From Trichodelitschia bisporula (Eukaryota), in NCBI GenBank assembly GCA_010356995.1, contig ML996688.1, positions 1,586,579 through 1,650,578 on the forward strand: 64,000 bases of DNA, given 5' to 3'. The stretch's first letter is position 1; every line of letters starts with the position of its first letter. Both the position numbers and the translations under genes were made by a program. Positions 11,911 to 25,583 of this stretch are shown here, piece after piece. The notes under the pieces are model-generated. The model was not told the DNA's origin. It saw only the letters and a list, made by a program, of their open reading frames with translations, and made no database searches.

Positions 11911-14900
11911 GGTGGGGAGGTGAACCGAGGAGGGGTTACCGGCTTCCTGAGGAGAGAGTGGTTGATAAAGGGCGGATAGTCGTGTTTGATGCTCTGCCGC
12001 CTGCTGCCATGTGCACGATGCGGCCGGGCGGTTTGATGCGGCCACGCGAGCTGGCTGAGACGAGCCGGGTCGATGTCGCGCTGGCCAGCGGCGGCAGGCT
12101 GCGGCGGGGAAGGTCACGATGGGGAGGAGGAGAGGTGGAGTAGGCGGAGTCGTCGACGTCGAGGAGGAGGGCGTGGCGGTGGTGTTGTACTCCGGCCGTC
12201 AGACAAGGCTGGTACATAAACGGCGCAACCAGGTTCAATTCCGCTGACAGCACAGCAGCACAGCAGTAGAGTAGTACGGGGAGCTTCGGGGAGGGGTGGT
12301 AGATACGTAAATCGGCTGCGGCATGTCCTCTTCTCCCAATGATCCATAGGGCCACTGGTACGGGTTGCAGCTATCCACTGCCTTCGGACATATTTGCCGG
12401 GACGGTGGCTAGCCTCTTACACCTCCTACTCGTACATGTGCTGTCCGGCCATGGCCCTCTTGTCAGCCTGCCAGTTGCCGTTGCGCATGCCCAGAGCGAC
12501 GCCGTCCAAGCCCCGGCAATCAGCCCCGCGCGCGAATGGCAACGTCAGACGGGGGATGCTGCGCGGGAGTGGCGATGGGCGTGCGCCTCGCGTTGGGTGG
12601 GGAGGGGGGGATGGCAGGCGGGGAGGATGCCACGCTGGGGGTGGAGGGGGCGTTTTGGCGTCTCTCTGTGCGGGGGTGTATCGCTACATCTGTCGCTACG
12701 TCTCTCTTAGGGGAGAGAGAAATGGAGCGAGGAACATGGCTGTAATAGGCATGTGGTCCGCCAATGGATGTTCCTACTGGGCAGGAAAAATCCAGTGATT
12801 CCAGTTGGTGGCACAAATAATGTACCGAAGTTGGCGAACTGATTAGCACCGTTAGAACTCCCCTCAAAACTCAACTCACAAACTCTCCGACAACAACTGT
12901 TTATCCATCTTCACTGGTCCGTTTCAGAGACAGTACTTTCGCTCTCTCCTCCGTTCCCGTCTTCATCAGCTCAAGCTTTCTCATCCTCAGCCTCTCACTC
13001 CTCCTCCCGGCGCCTTCTGAAACTTCTGCTGCCATCACTGCTCTCCACTAACAGCCAGCCTCAGCCCTACCTGCTGTAACAGCCGAGAGCAAAGCAAACA
13101 TCATCGTCTCGCAGCCTCAATCGTCGCATAGACGGGACGCACGCACCTCGCCTCCCCCGTCTCGCACGAAAAGCCCGAAGAACCGAGCCCGATCGTAAAA
13201 CCCAGTAAGAAAAATCAGCCTGCAGCCGCCGCGTGCCCTTTCCAGGCCAGGCACCACGCCCCTCACCATCCAGGCACCGCACCACTCACTCCCATGATCC
13301 AACCGGCCATGCCGCTTCTGCATCTGCGTGTCTCTGCGGCGCAAAAGAGAGGTGCGCAGAGACCGCGGCGGCGCGGGGCGCGATTGGCTTAGGCGCGGCG
13401 CGGCTTGCGTGATCGCGCGGGCGCGGGAGCCAGTGGGAAGGGCGGGCCGGGGTGGTGGTTGTGACGATCCGGAAATAGTTGCGCTGGTTGGAGGGGAACA
13501 GCGAATAGCACTCGCAACTACTCCGCAGACACCAAACTACTAGCAGACCGCCCTCGTCGGCGAAGGAAAGATTTGCCTGGGATAGATGACGGAGTTGGTC
13601 CTCAGAGGATTGATCCCAACATCCCGTTATTTGTGTTGTGTGCAAACGCCTTTTTGCTTCTGTGATGTTGTGTGGGTTGGGCGCACGGAATTAAGGGCAC
13701 GCACCAACGTGATATGTCCCCTTTCCAGCACGTCCCCCGAAATGACCTTCGCGAAGCCTTTGCGAATCGCCGCTAGTCTGGCCCCAGAGCCGCGGAGACC
13801 GATCCGCCTTTTATCCGAAGCCTCAGGTAGCCCCGTGGGGATGGGAGGAAGGAGGCTGAGATGGGGGCGCGAACGAACCGGGTCGAGAACCTCTGAAGCG
13901 AAAGCCTCATCTGACAGTCTCACGAACCACGGCGGCGCGGGGCGGCCGTGCTATTTCAAGCCCGTTCGTTATCGGCTTGCCGACCTCGTTCGCTTCGGCC
14001 GGTTTGGATCTATCACCCAGGAGAAGCGTCCGCACATGCCTGTGGACGCGACGATATGAAGGGCTGCGCGCCCGGTCGTCGGGTCGAGGTATCTACTTGA
14101 TCGCCACCAGGATTGCCGATATACAAATCCTTTGGACCATTTATGGCGCGGGAAAAGGGACTGGATGATGGCGTGCGGGCGAATTGGTTCAATATCGACG
14201 CTCGTGTACGGTTATCGCCTGCTGGATACCGCTCGCTGCTGCCGTCGCTTTGTTGTTGTAGCAGCAACATCGTCGTCAGGGAGACAGAGCGTCGGCCGCG
14301 GCGTCCACCCGTCCCACCCCATCGCGGCGGGCCCATTGATTCAGAAGCGCCGGCCGGTTGGTTACGCGGACGAACCACACCAGCGTAGCACAGTAAAAAA
14401 AGCCTTCGTCAACCATTGCACAGAGTGCGGACAGTTCTGGCGAGGCCGATTTTGCAGTACCGCCTACCAGCTCACCGACCCAGACCCCCGTCCACAGTGC
14501 AGGAACGCAGCTTCGCGGCGAAAGCCGTAAACCGGCAGCATGAAGCGAGCATCCAGATAGCAAGCAGCCTCCCCGCCTGCATGGTGCATGAAACTCCTGC
14601 GCCAGCTGTCGCGCCCTCCACGTCAAACCAACTCTCCGATCCCGCCACCAACGCATGCGGCGCTTAGCATCTGCGGCTGCTATTTGTGGGCGCGGCTGCT
14701 GCGGTTGGCGCTGGCCGCGCGGGTCGCATTCGGCTTTGGGGGGGTTCGAATGAGGAGTGTTCGGAGGGTTTGGCAAAGACGTTGGACGTTGGACAGTGGT
14801 GAAGATGAGAAGGATGGGGGACTGGGGAAGTTTCGACGGAGGGCCGTCCGGTGGTGGTGTGGCGCATGTGTGGCGCATTGTGGGTCAAGGGTCGTTTTGC

Positions 14901-16135
14901 GGGGTGACGAACATTGAGTTCGACAACGTTTGCTTTTTGGGAAGTTTTGAACGGAGGTTTCTTGATGATTGTATCGATGATGATGCCACGATTTCGCTTT
15001 GCTACTCTGCATTGATTGAGGTTTGATGTCGCCCTACGGGGTTGCGTCGAGAATTGAATGGCATGGTCGAGGCTGGCGGTTGAAGCGCATGCGGAGAATG
15101 TCCCGAAGCTTCACTTCATCAGACGTCATGAAGTTGAGCGATCTGAACAGCTGCTCTTCTGGCCATGACAGATGAGCAGTCTCATTTCCAGGCGAGCGTG
15201 GAACCGCAAATTATAAACTTCCATGTTCCATTTCTTAATCGGGACCACGATGCTTTCAAATAGTTGGGATTCGGGAACGCTTCCGGATTTTCATTTCTAT
15301 CACTTCAAAGCGCTATGAATTAGACCCATAAGCCTTCGTTTCTATCCATGTTGTTATCAAGGTTGACAAGAATCTACGTTGGGATAGAATGCGAGGCCGA
15401 CAAATGAAGCTGCGTTATCAGCCTCGATGGCAGCCTTGCGTCTTAACCATCACCAACTTACAACACGAGCACTCCACGAAACATGAACAAAATTGGGATT
15501 CCACACGCTACGAGAGGCCTATAGCCTTTAAAGTAACAAAAGGCTCTCCTCCCGGAAGGCTACGAAAAGCCTCACAAAGCGGGATTTTTTCGATTCAAAC
15601 ACTCGACTTCACAGGCATGCTGTACCTAGCGGTGTCCCACTAGATCCATGTATCCGGGGTTCCTACACAGAATGATGGATATAAATTGCGGAGACGAGCA
15701 ATATATAGGCACATTGGCAGTTCGGGGCAAACAACGCTGCTAGACGCAGCTCAGTACTTGATTGAAAGGTCGTCTAATACCATCTCAAACATCCCCATAA
15801 TCACCCTCATACTCATCGGTTACCAGGCTCGCCCTCCCCACCGTCAGCCCACTACCTCCTATCACCGTCTGATCCTGCACAGCTGACTGCTCTTCTGACT
15901 CCAAACCGCTTCAGTAGAGGCCTCAGGTTGTTCCGGCGTTCCAATGCAAAGCGAACTGGGAGGTCTACTCGAACGGCAGACACGAACGTGTTCCGAGGCA
16001 AGATCATACAGAACATTACTTTCCAATGCTATATGGTTCAGACTTAACACCGTTGAAGATGCATCCCAATCTACGCTAGCCCACCATCAAACCAGCCGAC
16101 GCCCGCTGTCACCAAGCCCATGCAGCGTCCACAAT

Positions 16136-16873
16136 CTACCACGGCACCTCCTCCCCATTACGAAACCACTTCCCAGTCATATCCAGCCCGCCCTGCGTCG
16201 CCATAGCAACCAATTCCTTGGCCCCATCTTCCGGCGGTGCCGTCCCGCTATAGTTATTGAGGTTGGTCGCGCAGTACCCAGGACAAACAATCGTAACCGT
16301 AATCCCATCCTCCTTCAGCAATACCGTGTAGTACCCGGCCAGGCCGTTCAGCGCCGACTTGGTGATGCTGTACCCCAGATACGCGGTCTGCGGCGGACGG
16401 CTCAAAGTCACCGCAACGCTGCCGAGCGTGGAACTGACGAACACGATACGCCGACCGGGCGCTGGGGCCTTGGATGCCTTGAGCAGCGGGACGAGGGCTT
16501 GGGTGACCAGGTGCGTGCCGACGACGTTTGTATTGTAGGAGTGGTTGAATTCCTTGCGCATCTCATCCTGGAAGAAGGTGTAGCCCGCGGCATTGTTGAT
16601 CAGAATATCAAGATAGCCATACTTGGTCTTGATGTACTCTGCGGCTGCTGTGATGGTATCGTCCTTTTCCAGATCGATGACAATCGGCTCCAGCTGCGAG
16701 GGGTCGAGGGGGGGGTTGGCTTCGAGAAGCTTTGCGACGGCCGCCTTGCCCTTTTCCAGGTCCCGGCATCCGACGAGAACTTTGTGGTTGTGCTGGGTTG
16801 TGAGGATTTCGGCGGCGTAGTATCCAAGGCCTTGGTTTGCGCCGGTCACGAGGGTGAGGAGCTGCTGAGACAT
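16136..16873 (-). CDS. Short-chain dehydrogenase/reductase (carbonyl-reductase-like)
   Basis: TGANQGLG nucleotide-binding motif, LDILINNAA, VFVSS, catalytic YSITK, CPGYCATNLN. Confidence 0.92.
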   Translation of the reverse strand: MSQQLLTLVTGANQGLGYYAAEILTTQHNHKVLVGCRDLEKGKAAVAKLLEANPPLDPSQLEPIVIDLEKDDTITAAAEYIKTKYGYLDILINNAAGYTFFQDEMRKEFNHSYNTNVVGTHLVTQALVPLLKASKAPAPGRRIVFVSSTLGSVAVTLSRPPQTAYLGYSITKSALNGLAGYYTVLLKEDGITVTIVCPGYCATNLNNYSGTAPPEDGAKELVAMATQGGLDMTGKWFRNGEEVPW

Positions 16874-17159
16874 CTTGGGCTGGAAGTGTATCGGATTGAG
16901 CTTCGAGACACGGTAAGTGAAGGACTTAATAATGAACAACTTCACATCAATGTCCCAGCTTTATATGCTTCGCTTTGTACTGCAGCCTAGGCGCCTAAAT
17001 CCGATAGCCCCATTCAGCAGCGGTGCGGAGGTGTTCGCCGGTTGCTTGGTAATCCGGGGTACGTACATCCGTAGAGCGTTCGGACATAGCGAGAAGATCG
17101 GTTCCCTATCACCGGTGGCCCTCCGGACATGAGAATCTAGCTGTACATTCTTGTATTCC

Positions 17160-17840
17160 CTAGTCCCAATCGTCATCGTCTTCCTCCTCCTGTTTGGCTG
17201 GTTTCCTGCCTGTTCCGATGAAACCCCTAGCATCGGCCTCGTTAAGTTTCGCTCTTACTAGAACGCCGGACTGGAGAAGACGAGCTTCCAAATCCTTGGT
17301 CGTGAAGTTGTCGCCATTCCCCAGGCCCTCGAAGCCAATGATGCGGTCCGCGCCAATTGCATCAACGAAGGCTATGACACAGGGGAGGACTTGGACTTTA
17401 AGTTTGGTTACGAGGAAGGGCGCATTATCGACGTTCACTTTGAGGAAGCGAGTGTCGAAGTGTTTGGGTGCAAGCGCCTACAGTAATGATGAGCAGACGA
17501 TTGCTAGAGCCAGTAGCTGACAGACCTCCAGATGCCGGTCTATGACGCCGCAGCGGCCAAAGTCGTTCTTGTAAAAGTGGACAACCACGTACTTCGTGCT
17601 TGTCGTGATGTCCATGACGCTCTTCTCGTCCATGGCTTCAGTGTATGTGCCATTCCCCTCCTCGCGCATCTTCTTTGCCCGTGTGAATTCCGAGTGTAGC
17701 TGCTGGAGCCGCTGTTCGCGGTAGCCGGAGAGGGCTTCGTCGTCATCTTCTTCGAGTTCCGCGATGAGCGCGTCTTCGTCATCCGAGTCGAGCGTCCGCC
17801 GGTCCAGCAAGCCGGCAACTTTGGAGTCTATGCGTGACAT
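17160..17840 (-). CDS. Phosducin-like/thioredoxin domain protein (TXNDC9/Plp1-like)
   Basis: YREQRLQQL, VVVHFY..F.RC..ID.HL|ALAPKHFDTRFLKVNVDNAPFLVTKLKVQVLPCV, IIGFEGLG. Intron 17478-17525. Confidence 0.9.
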
Positions 17841-18733
17841 TGTGAAGGGTGGTGGTTCACTTGGAAGGCGTCAATTGCCCTTCTTCATCGTCTCCCTCGC
17901 AATGTTGCCTCCCCTACGCACATGTGGGGCACGGTTGATGTCCGGAGCCGGGGCTACCCGTTCCGGGCCAACCTTGCCTCAACTTCCCCAAAACTTCGGA
18001 GCCGTTGAGAAGCACTTGTCACGAAGCTCCATATTGTAGCTTCTCTACGATCATATGTGGCATTATATATGGCATTGGATGAGAAATATTCGCCATGCTG
18101 GCAATCGGTAAGAAGTTTCAAACGCGTGTAATGCCAATTGCCGAAAACCAGATCCGTCAACCTCCTTGGAAGCCGTGTTTGTTTATCGATGTATCCCCAA
18201 GTCGAAATTATTCCTTGGGAGACCTGAACAATAGCAGAGCCGTTGCCAAAACAGGTGCGAGCCCTACCTTCAATACCTTAAGCATTGCCATCGGGGGACT
18301 ACACCTCGCAGATCAAGATGCAGGCACACAGGCCGGAAGGAGCACACGAGGACTCAAGTCTTCGCCCGGATACGCTAAAACTCATGTTCGAGGATGAACA
18401 TCGACTTAAGGTGCCGATCCAAGGCTCTGATCTGAATCATGAAGTAATATATGTCGGTTGCCAGATCTAGCGACTCTTGATTCCGATCCGATCTCTACTC
18501 GTTTCAGATTGGTTGCTGGCCCACGCGGCGATCAATCAAGCAGTCTTCCAGAAGCCCATTTGTGTCAATGCATGATTTGGCATGAATGGTTCGTTTACGC
18601 TGTCACTCATCCATCGCTCCTACAATCTCCGGTGCTCTGGGAGTACGTCACAGCATATATCCCAGCAAGACCTGGTGTCCGGCTCTCTTCTTGGCTTCTC
18701 GGCCTGCAGTTCTCTTCATAGTCTCTCATTAAG

Positions 18734-19508
18734 ATGCTCTTAATCCAGATCCTCGCTATTCTTCCTTTCTTTGCGGCAGCCCAGGACTCAGCACCCGAAG
18801 GCCTAATCGCTGCATCCACAGCACAATGTCCTCCGGTCCACCTGATAGTCGCGCGCGCCAGCGGCGAACGGCCTGGCGAGGGGATCATCTCATCTCTGTC
18901 TAATGCCATCAAGCAAGCCGTTCCAGGCTCCACCTCCGAGGCTCTGAACTATCCAGCTAAGATGCCCTACTCTGGGTCCATTCCAGTCGGCGTGACAAAT
19001 CTCAAAGCTGCGATCGCACGGTACACGCAACAATGTCCGTCTGGCAAGCTCGTGCTATTAGGGTACAGCCAGGGAGGCGCCGTGATAACGGATACGCTGT
19101 GCGGGGGAGGAGGAAAGGAAGTCGGGCCTGCGACGCCGGGGCTTACGGCGGAGGAAGGGAGACTGATCAAGGCTGTTGTTTCGATGGGGGATCCGAGATT
19201 TGTGCCTGGGATGTCCTACGACAAAGGAACAAACAAGAATAAGGGAGGTGTAAGTAGCCCTCGCCGTCCTGCCTGTCGGGCGTGCCTGCTTACTGATCGA
19301 TGGACAGGTTGCCGAACGAAACCGGGCTGCGGCACCATGTCCTGTTTGGGCTTCAAGGATGGTGTCTTACTGCGATGCCAACGACTCCAGATGCGCGAGC
19401 GGGAGTAGCTTGGAAGTGCACAAGACGTACACCGAGAGATACAACAACCAAGCAAAGGCGTTTGTGCTGGAAAAGCTGCAGGATGCCCGACCTCTAGGTG
19501 GGAGTTAG
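18734..19508 (+). CDS. Secreted carbohydrate esterase family 5 (cutinase/acetylxylan esterase)
   Basis: Signal peptide; ARASGE, YPA, GYSQG nucleophile, GDPR. After intron 19250-19307: SYCDANDSRC and EVH (catalytic Asp/His); stop TAG ends at 19508. Confidence 0.9.
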
Positions 19509-20212
19509 CTTCTAAATTCGAACCACGTTTGAGCTTCACTGGTCTTGTCTGTCTCATGCAGTGAAACAAGTTCCAGCTGTAGACCATGTTGTAGTCATGG
19601 ATTCGGTCCCCGAATGCCTAAGTCGAAAGACCGAACAAATCCTTTGTAGTATGGGATTCGGGATGCAGGATCCAAGGGGAGGATGCAGTTCTGTCTTATC
19701 ATCGTAGCGAGCCATTCAGCCTAGCAGCAAGAGCAGCAGCAGCTGTGGAGGCGTGACAGGTGTTATCAAATGAGGCTGTGCCGCCTGCCGTCGGCATTCA
19801 GTTTGTCGGACAGCGTTTGTTGTCAGTGTTCACGAAGTGAAATATCGTTTCAGTGGTGGCATCACGTAGGAATGCAGAAGCAGCTTAGGACAAAGGTGCA
19901 AAGCACAGTCAAGACCGAAGCGACTGGAAGCAGCGACGCAGGATCCGACAGATAAACGGAGTTCGGGGGCGGTGAGCCAGACCAGTGTGGCTTCTGCCTC
20001 CGCCCATCGGCAGAATCACGCCAAGCAGGCCGCTTGCGACCTGCCGTCACTGGGGCACCCCATTTCATTGCTGTGCCTTTCACCAAACCCCACGTTCTTA
20101 AAGACCTTGTTGACAGCTACACCTTTACCACTACAACTCGAACACCTGGAACTTGTCTTGTCTGTAAACTCACATCACATTTGTTCCATCTCCTTCTCTC
20201 AGCAGTATCAAC

Positions 20213-20804
20213 ATGTCTGCTACTCAGAAGCTCACCCTCACCTCGTCCGATGGCATTGATATCGAAGTCGGTTCGTCAAGCCTCTGTCTGCCCTGACCGA
20301 CACGAAACTAATATTCACAGAGCGGAAGGTCGTTGAGCGCTCGGTTCTAATCCGTAACCTGCTCGAGGATTTGGCTGAGACCGCCACGCTCGAGCCGATC
20401 CCCATCCCTAACGTCAATGAACCTGTCCTGAAGAAGGTCTTGGAGTGGTGCGAGCATCACAAGGACGATCCCGTCAGCATGGGCGATGACGACTCCGACT
20501 CTCGCAAGAAGCAGACGGACATCGATGAATGGGATCAGAAATACATGTCGGTCGATCAAGAGATGCTCTTCGAGATAATCCTGGTACGTACCGCACCCCC
20601 ATCACATTTACACCGCTAATATATCAGGCTGCGAACTACCTTGACATCAAGGCCCTCCTCGATGTTGGCTGCAAGACGGTTGCCAACATGATCAAGGGCA
20701 AGTCGCCAGAGGAAATCCGCAAGACTTTCAACATCCAGAACGACTTTACCCCCGAAGAGGAGGAGCAGATTCGTCGCGAGAACGAGTGGGCTGAAGACCG
20801 CTAG
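20213..20804 (+). CDS. SKP1: SCF ubiquitin ligase subunit Skp1 (SconC)
   Basis: [63 protein letters not shown]. Introns 20271-20320 and 20584-20627. Confidence 0.97.
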
Positions 20805-21410
20805 GTTCGCTGCTCTGAGTAGGAGGATGAGTGGGGCTGATGACTGCTAGTGCATTTTTCTGTCTGATTTTGTTTCCGGCGTTATGGCCAGGTTTAAACT
20901 GGATGGGAGACGCCTTTGTGCAACAGAGGGCTGTTATCGTTACCGGAGGACTTAATTCTCCGACGATAGCTCCCACGAAGTATGAAAGGCACATATGAAG
21001 CTCGAATGACAGAACGATTCCCGGAACCCCCTTTGAAAAACACATGCGCCGAGTGATTTGCATCTACTTTCATCAACCTTCTCATTAGATCTATCTCCCA
21101 CGCCGTCGCAAGCATCCAGACACCCTTTCGTCCCAAAAGAACCCGAGGATGTCCGCAAGAGATCGCTCTGAAACCCGAATCCAGAGCCAAACAGGAAACG
21201 CCAACACCGCGGGCTGTGAGCCAGGCCACAGGACCTGCGTCGACCTGGCATGCCTTGAATCGAAGCGGGAATGGGGGGTCTAGGAGGTAGATGGAGAGCT
21301 AAAGGTATACAAGGTAATACAGGCCCGGCACGCGAAAACAATGAATCCTTTTTTGCGGTTCGCATCTGCGTCCGGAATGTGGGTCGGGCACAACATGCCA
21401 GCTTGCAGGT

Positions 21411-22697
21411 TTAATCCTTCAGCGCATCCTTCACGCTCTGGTTGCTTGCGCTGCCCACCGGGTTCGCAACCGGAAGCTCCTCCGAGGCAGGCTTCTTGAG
21501 CTTTGCGATCGCGAACACAACACCACTGATACAGCCCACTATGATGGCACTGATACTGCCGAAGGTGACGGGGGCGTCGAAGAAGATCAAGCCGCTAATG
21601 GCGATGGGCAGCTTGTTGAGGGCACCGACCATGCTATAGATGGTGCTAGTCGTGACACGGACGCACCAAGCCGAGGAATAAGAGATGAAGACGGTCGACA
21701 GGCCGGAGAAGATCATGGCCATAATGATGTTGTTCCGCTGGTCGATGGGGAAGTTGCGCGACAGGTTGGCCGAGGACCAGTCTTCGATGAGGAGCGAGGA
21801 GGCCAGAAGAATCGGGATGGTGAGCAGGTTGTTGTAGAACATGGCTAGAGATGTCAGCCGGCGGTGTACGAGGACAAAGTTAGAGACTCACTATCGAAAT
21901 CCTTGAAGTTGGTCAATTTGATGCGCTTCCGCATACCGAGCGCATATGATGCCGTGCACAGGCAGTTGACCAGCATCCAGAAGTATCCGGCATTCAGAGT
22001 CGAGACTGCCTGGCTAGCCTTCTCCGAGGAGCTATGGCTGCTCAGGGCGTACTGAATGTCCGACCACGCAGCAATGACGGAGCTGACAACCATGAGGCCG
22101 AATGAGGAGAGGGTCAGCTTGGATACGGAGCCGCCGAACCAAAGAACCTCGCCATATGCGATCAAGATGATGGTCAGATTCTTGAAGATCGTGTATACGG
22201 GAATCGAGAGGAATTGCAGCGCCTTGGACCCGGTGTAGATCATGCCGATAAGGAGGAGGGAGATCGGAAACCCTGTCTCGTCAGTATCCCTCCGAGAGTT
22301 ACGGTGTCTTCTGAAAGCTTACACTTCTTCGCCTCATCAGAGTTGTAGTCCCGATATGAGATGAAGCCCATAGACTTCGCCGTCTGGATAGCTATCACGC
22401 AGACAACAGACTGACATGGTTAGCCGCACGGCCAACACAACGCGAACGTCCACCAACCTGTACGCAGAGCAGGAAGAAGTTGAGGTTGTAGTCGAGACCC
22501 GAGAGAACGTATTTGTTCGTGACGGTCATTAATATCGACGAGAAGCAGTAGAATATGATGGCAAGGAGGCCATTGTTGGCGAGACTCGTGTGCGGCGGAG
22601 CCATGGACGCGCTTCGGGACGGGCTTGCCTCGAACTTCTCCCTCTCCCGGTCGTCGATGACAACGGCGTAGTCACCTCTCTTCTTGTCGTCAGACAT
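21411..22697 (-). CDS. VRG4: Golgi GDP-mannose transporter
   Basis: [54 protein letters not shown] (GALNK motif). Three short introns. Confidence 0.95.
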
Positions 22698-23251
22698 CGT
22701 GTGTGCGTGAGATCGTCAGATGGCAGGCGTGAGAGAACGTAAGTTGAAGAGGTCGCGATAAAGGGGGCGCAATCTCCCAGTGTTGTACGCCGCTGGTGAA
22801 CACTTGGCGCAAAGAGTGGTGACCAGTGAGGTAGGTGAGATTGCCAGAACGGGTGAAAGCAGCAGGAGAACAAGACGGGATTGGAAAGAGAATGCAAAGT
22901 GCGTGATGTTGAAGGAAGAGGTAGAGGCAAATCTCGCAAGGTATGTAAGAAAGTGGAAGTAGACCCTGAAGAGGAGGCGTTCGTGGATGCGATTAGAAGT
23001 GGATTCGTTTTCCCTTGGAGAGGGACGCCAAAGTCCGTTCCGCCGCCAAACGGCGCTCGTCAGCCACCTTCAGCCCCTATTCTTGGCCGTGGCGCTGCGC
23101 CATCATGCGCGATAGCCACACCCTTGCCGCTCAGATGTAGCGCGCCGGGCATAAACACTGACGACAGCCATAGTTTTGAACGCGCGTCCATTTCAGCCCA
23201 CCACGTTATTTCACCCGGCTCGCCGGAAAGGACATTCTCCCACCGTCAGCC

Positions 23252-25000
23252 ATGGATCGCGACGAAGATGCAGCTTTGCGCAATTTCCTAGGTACCTCCT
23301 CATTCGGAAAGGCATCCAGGGAGGCCAACATTCAGGCGCAGATCGATCTCAGCAAGCGCAAGACCGCACCGGAACCCAAAAAGGTCACACAGGGCAGCAA
23401 ACATGAAGTAGAGGAGGAAGAGGACGAAGAAGAGGAAGAAGAAGAAGACGATGATGATGATGATGATGATGATGACGACGATGAGGATGAATTCCCCGTC
23501 TCGCACGAGCTTGTGCTCAAGACTCACGAAAAGGCCGTTACAACAGTCACGATAGATCCCTCGGGTGCACGACTGGTTACAGGCTCTCTGGACTGTACAT
23601 TTAAGCTCCACGACTTTGCCTCAATGACGCCGACAACATTACGAGCCTTCAAATCCGTCGATCCCGCAGCTACCAAAACCTCCGCTACTGTCGAAGCCCA
23701 CCCCGTCTACCAAGCCATATTCAATCCCATCTCCCCAAGTCAGATCATCGTCATTATGGCCTTGCCGCAAGCCAAGATATTTACTCGTGATGGCGAGCAG
23801 CAGATAGAATTCATAAAAGGCGACATGTACTTGCGGGACTTGAACAACACCAAGGGCCACGTTTCTGAGATTACATCCGGGGCATGGCACCCAACGAACA
23901 GGGGGCTCTGTGTAACAGCAGGCACGGACAGCACGCTGAGAATATGGGATGTTGCGCAAAAGCGCGGCCAGAAGGACGTTATCGTATTCAAGTCCCGGGC
24001 AGCAGGTTCCGCTGGTAGGACGCGTATGACCTCGGTCGCTTGGGGAGCATCTCCTGAAGGGAACTCGAGTGTGCTCGTGGCCGCGGCCTTGGATGGCAGT
24101 CTTGTCATGTACAATGGCGATGGTCCATACCACCGCCCTATGGGAGAGGTACGGGACGCCCACGCGAAGGAGACATGGACCAGCAGCATTGCACTGAGTG
24201 GCGATAGCAGGCTCCTAGCCTCCCGTGGCGGCGACGACACGGTTAAGCTGTGGGATTTGCGCAAGTTCAAACACCCTGTCTCGACTGCGAACTATGCGTC
24301 GATCTCATCACAGTTTCCAACCGCTAACATACAATTCTCACCCACGTCTGCAAACATCATCATGGGAACTGAGACGGGCCATCTCAACATACTCAATCCA
24401 GCCACTCTCAAACCAGAACTCTCCACGCCAATCACGCCCGGCTCGCCAATAATCACGGTCCTCTGGCACGAAAAGATGAACCAAATCGTCACCGGTTCCG
24501 CCAACGGTGAAGTCCACGTTCTCTACAACCCCGACCTATCGACCGGCGGCGCGAAAACAGTCATGTCCAAGGCGCCGAAGCGGCGACACATCGACGACGA
24601 CCCGAATCTGACGATGGATCTCTCCCAAGGCATTTCGGGCGACAGCATCGTAACGCCCGGTGGCATCCTCCCGAGCGCAAGCCAAGCAGCCATGACCTTC
24701 GCTCAGCGCCATCCAACGGTCGGTCTCACGGCATCGGGCAAGTCGCGCGACCCGCGGCGCCCGCACATGCCAGCCACGACACCATTTGCGAAGAGCCAGC
24801 CTGATGCGAAGCACATCCGCGAGAGCATTCCGCTCAGCTCGATGCGCGATGAAGATCCGCGGGAGGCGCTGCTCAAGTATGCGGATAAGGCGGAGAAGGA
24901 TCCGATGTTTACGCGGGCGTGGAAGGAGACGCAGCCTAAGACGATCTATGCGGAGATTAGCGATGATGAGGAACCAGAAAAGAAGAAGGCGAGGCGTTGA
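23252..25000 (+). CDS. WD40-repeat protein, WDR70/Gad1-like
   Basis: 582-aa ORF with FPVSHE, GDMYLRDLNNTKGHVSEIT, SRGGDDTVKLWDLRKFK, DEDPREALLKYA, AWKETQP; acidic N-terminal tract. Confidence 0.9.
   Translation: MDRDEDAALRNFLGTSSFGKASREANIQAQIDLSKRKTAPEPKKVTQGSKHEVEEEEDEEEEEEEDDDDDDDDDDDDEDEFPVSHELVLKTHEKAVTTVTIDPSGARLVTGSLDCTFKLHDFASMTPTTLRAFKSVDPAATKTSATVEAHPVYQAIFNPISPSQIIVIMALPQAKIFTRDGEQQIEFIKGDMYLRDLNNTKGHVSEITSGAWHPTNRGLCVTAGTDSTLRIWDVAQKRGQKDVIVFKSRAAGSAGRTRMTSVAWGASPEGNSSVLVAAALDGSLVMYNGDGPYHRPMGEVRDAHAKETWTSSIALSGDSRLLASRGGDDTVKLWDLRKFKHPVSTANYASISSQFPTANIQFSPTSANIIMGTETGHLNILNPATLKPELSTPITPGSPIITVLWHEKMNQIVTGSANGEVHVLYNPDLSTGGAKTVMSKAPKRRHIDDDPNLTMDLSQGISGDSIVTPGGILPSASQAAMTFAQRHPTVGLTASGKSRDPRRPHMPATTPFAKSQPDAKHIRESIPLSSMRDEDPREALLKYADKAEKDPMFTRAWKETQPKTIYAEISDDEEPEKKKARR
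23407..23490 (+). repeat. GAR/GAT trinucleotide tract encoding poly-Glu/Asp
   Basis: gaagaagaagacgatgatgatgatgatgat... within the WD40 ORF. Confidence 0.85.
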
Positions 25001-25583
25001 ATCGAGACAAAAGTGGTGCGCATTGGACTCTCTTCTGGCTTTGATGTTTTCAAGATACCCGTCGTTGAGAAAGGTCGATTAATGAGGCTAGAGCCCTTGG
25101 CCTGTTGTACAAGCCCTTTGTGTTCGGACACCGTGTGGTGGCATGAAATTACGGCCTTGCAATCTAGAGCCATAGGGCGTTGGCTGGTGCAGTACCAGTG
25201 CGGCTTCCACGGCTATTCTCGCAATTCGGGGGCGATCGACAGAGCGGGGATGTGGGTTTGAGATGTCGGATGTGGCCAATATCTCGTGAGGGTCGATATG
25301 GCTGTATGAAGAAGACAGACTCCCCTGTCACGCCATACACTCTATGCAATAACCATCTCATCCCATAAGCCCCTGCTGATAGCTGCAGTAGTACTCAAAT
25401 CTGACATATTTCTCCGCAAAAGGCGAGGTACATGCACAACTTTGCATGGACGTCGATCACCACGGGACAGATCTCCGAGACCCGTGTTTAGCTGAATACT
25501 ACCATACATAACGCGGTGCTGTCGCATATTATGATGCTTGACCTTTCCCCGCCTTCTTACTTTGATTCCTCCGTTCGAGTGCT

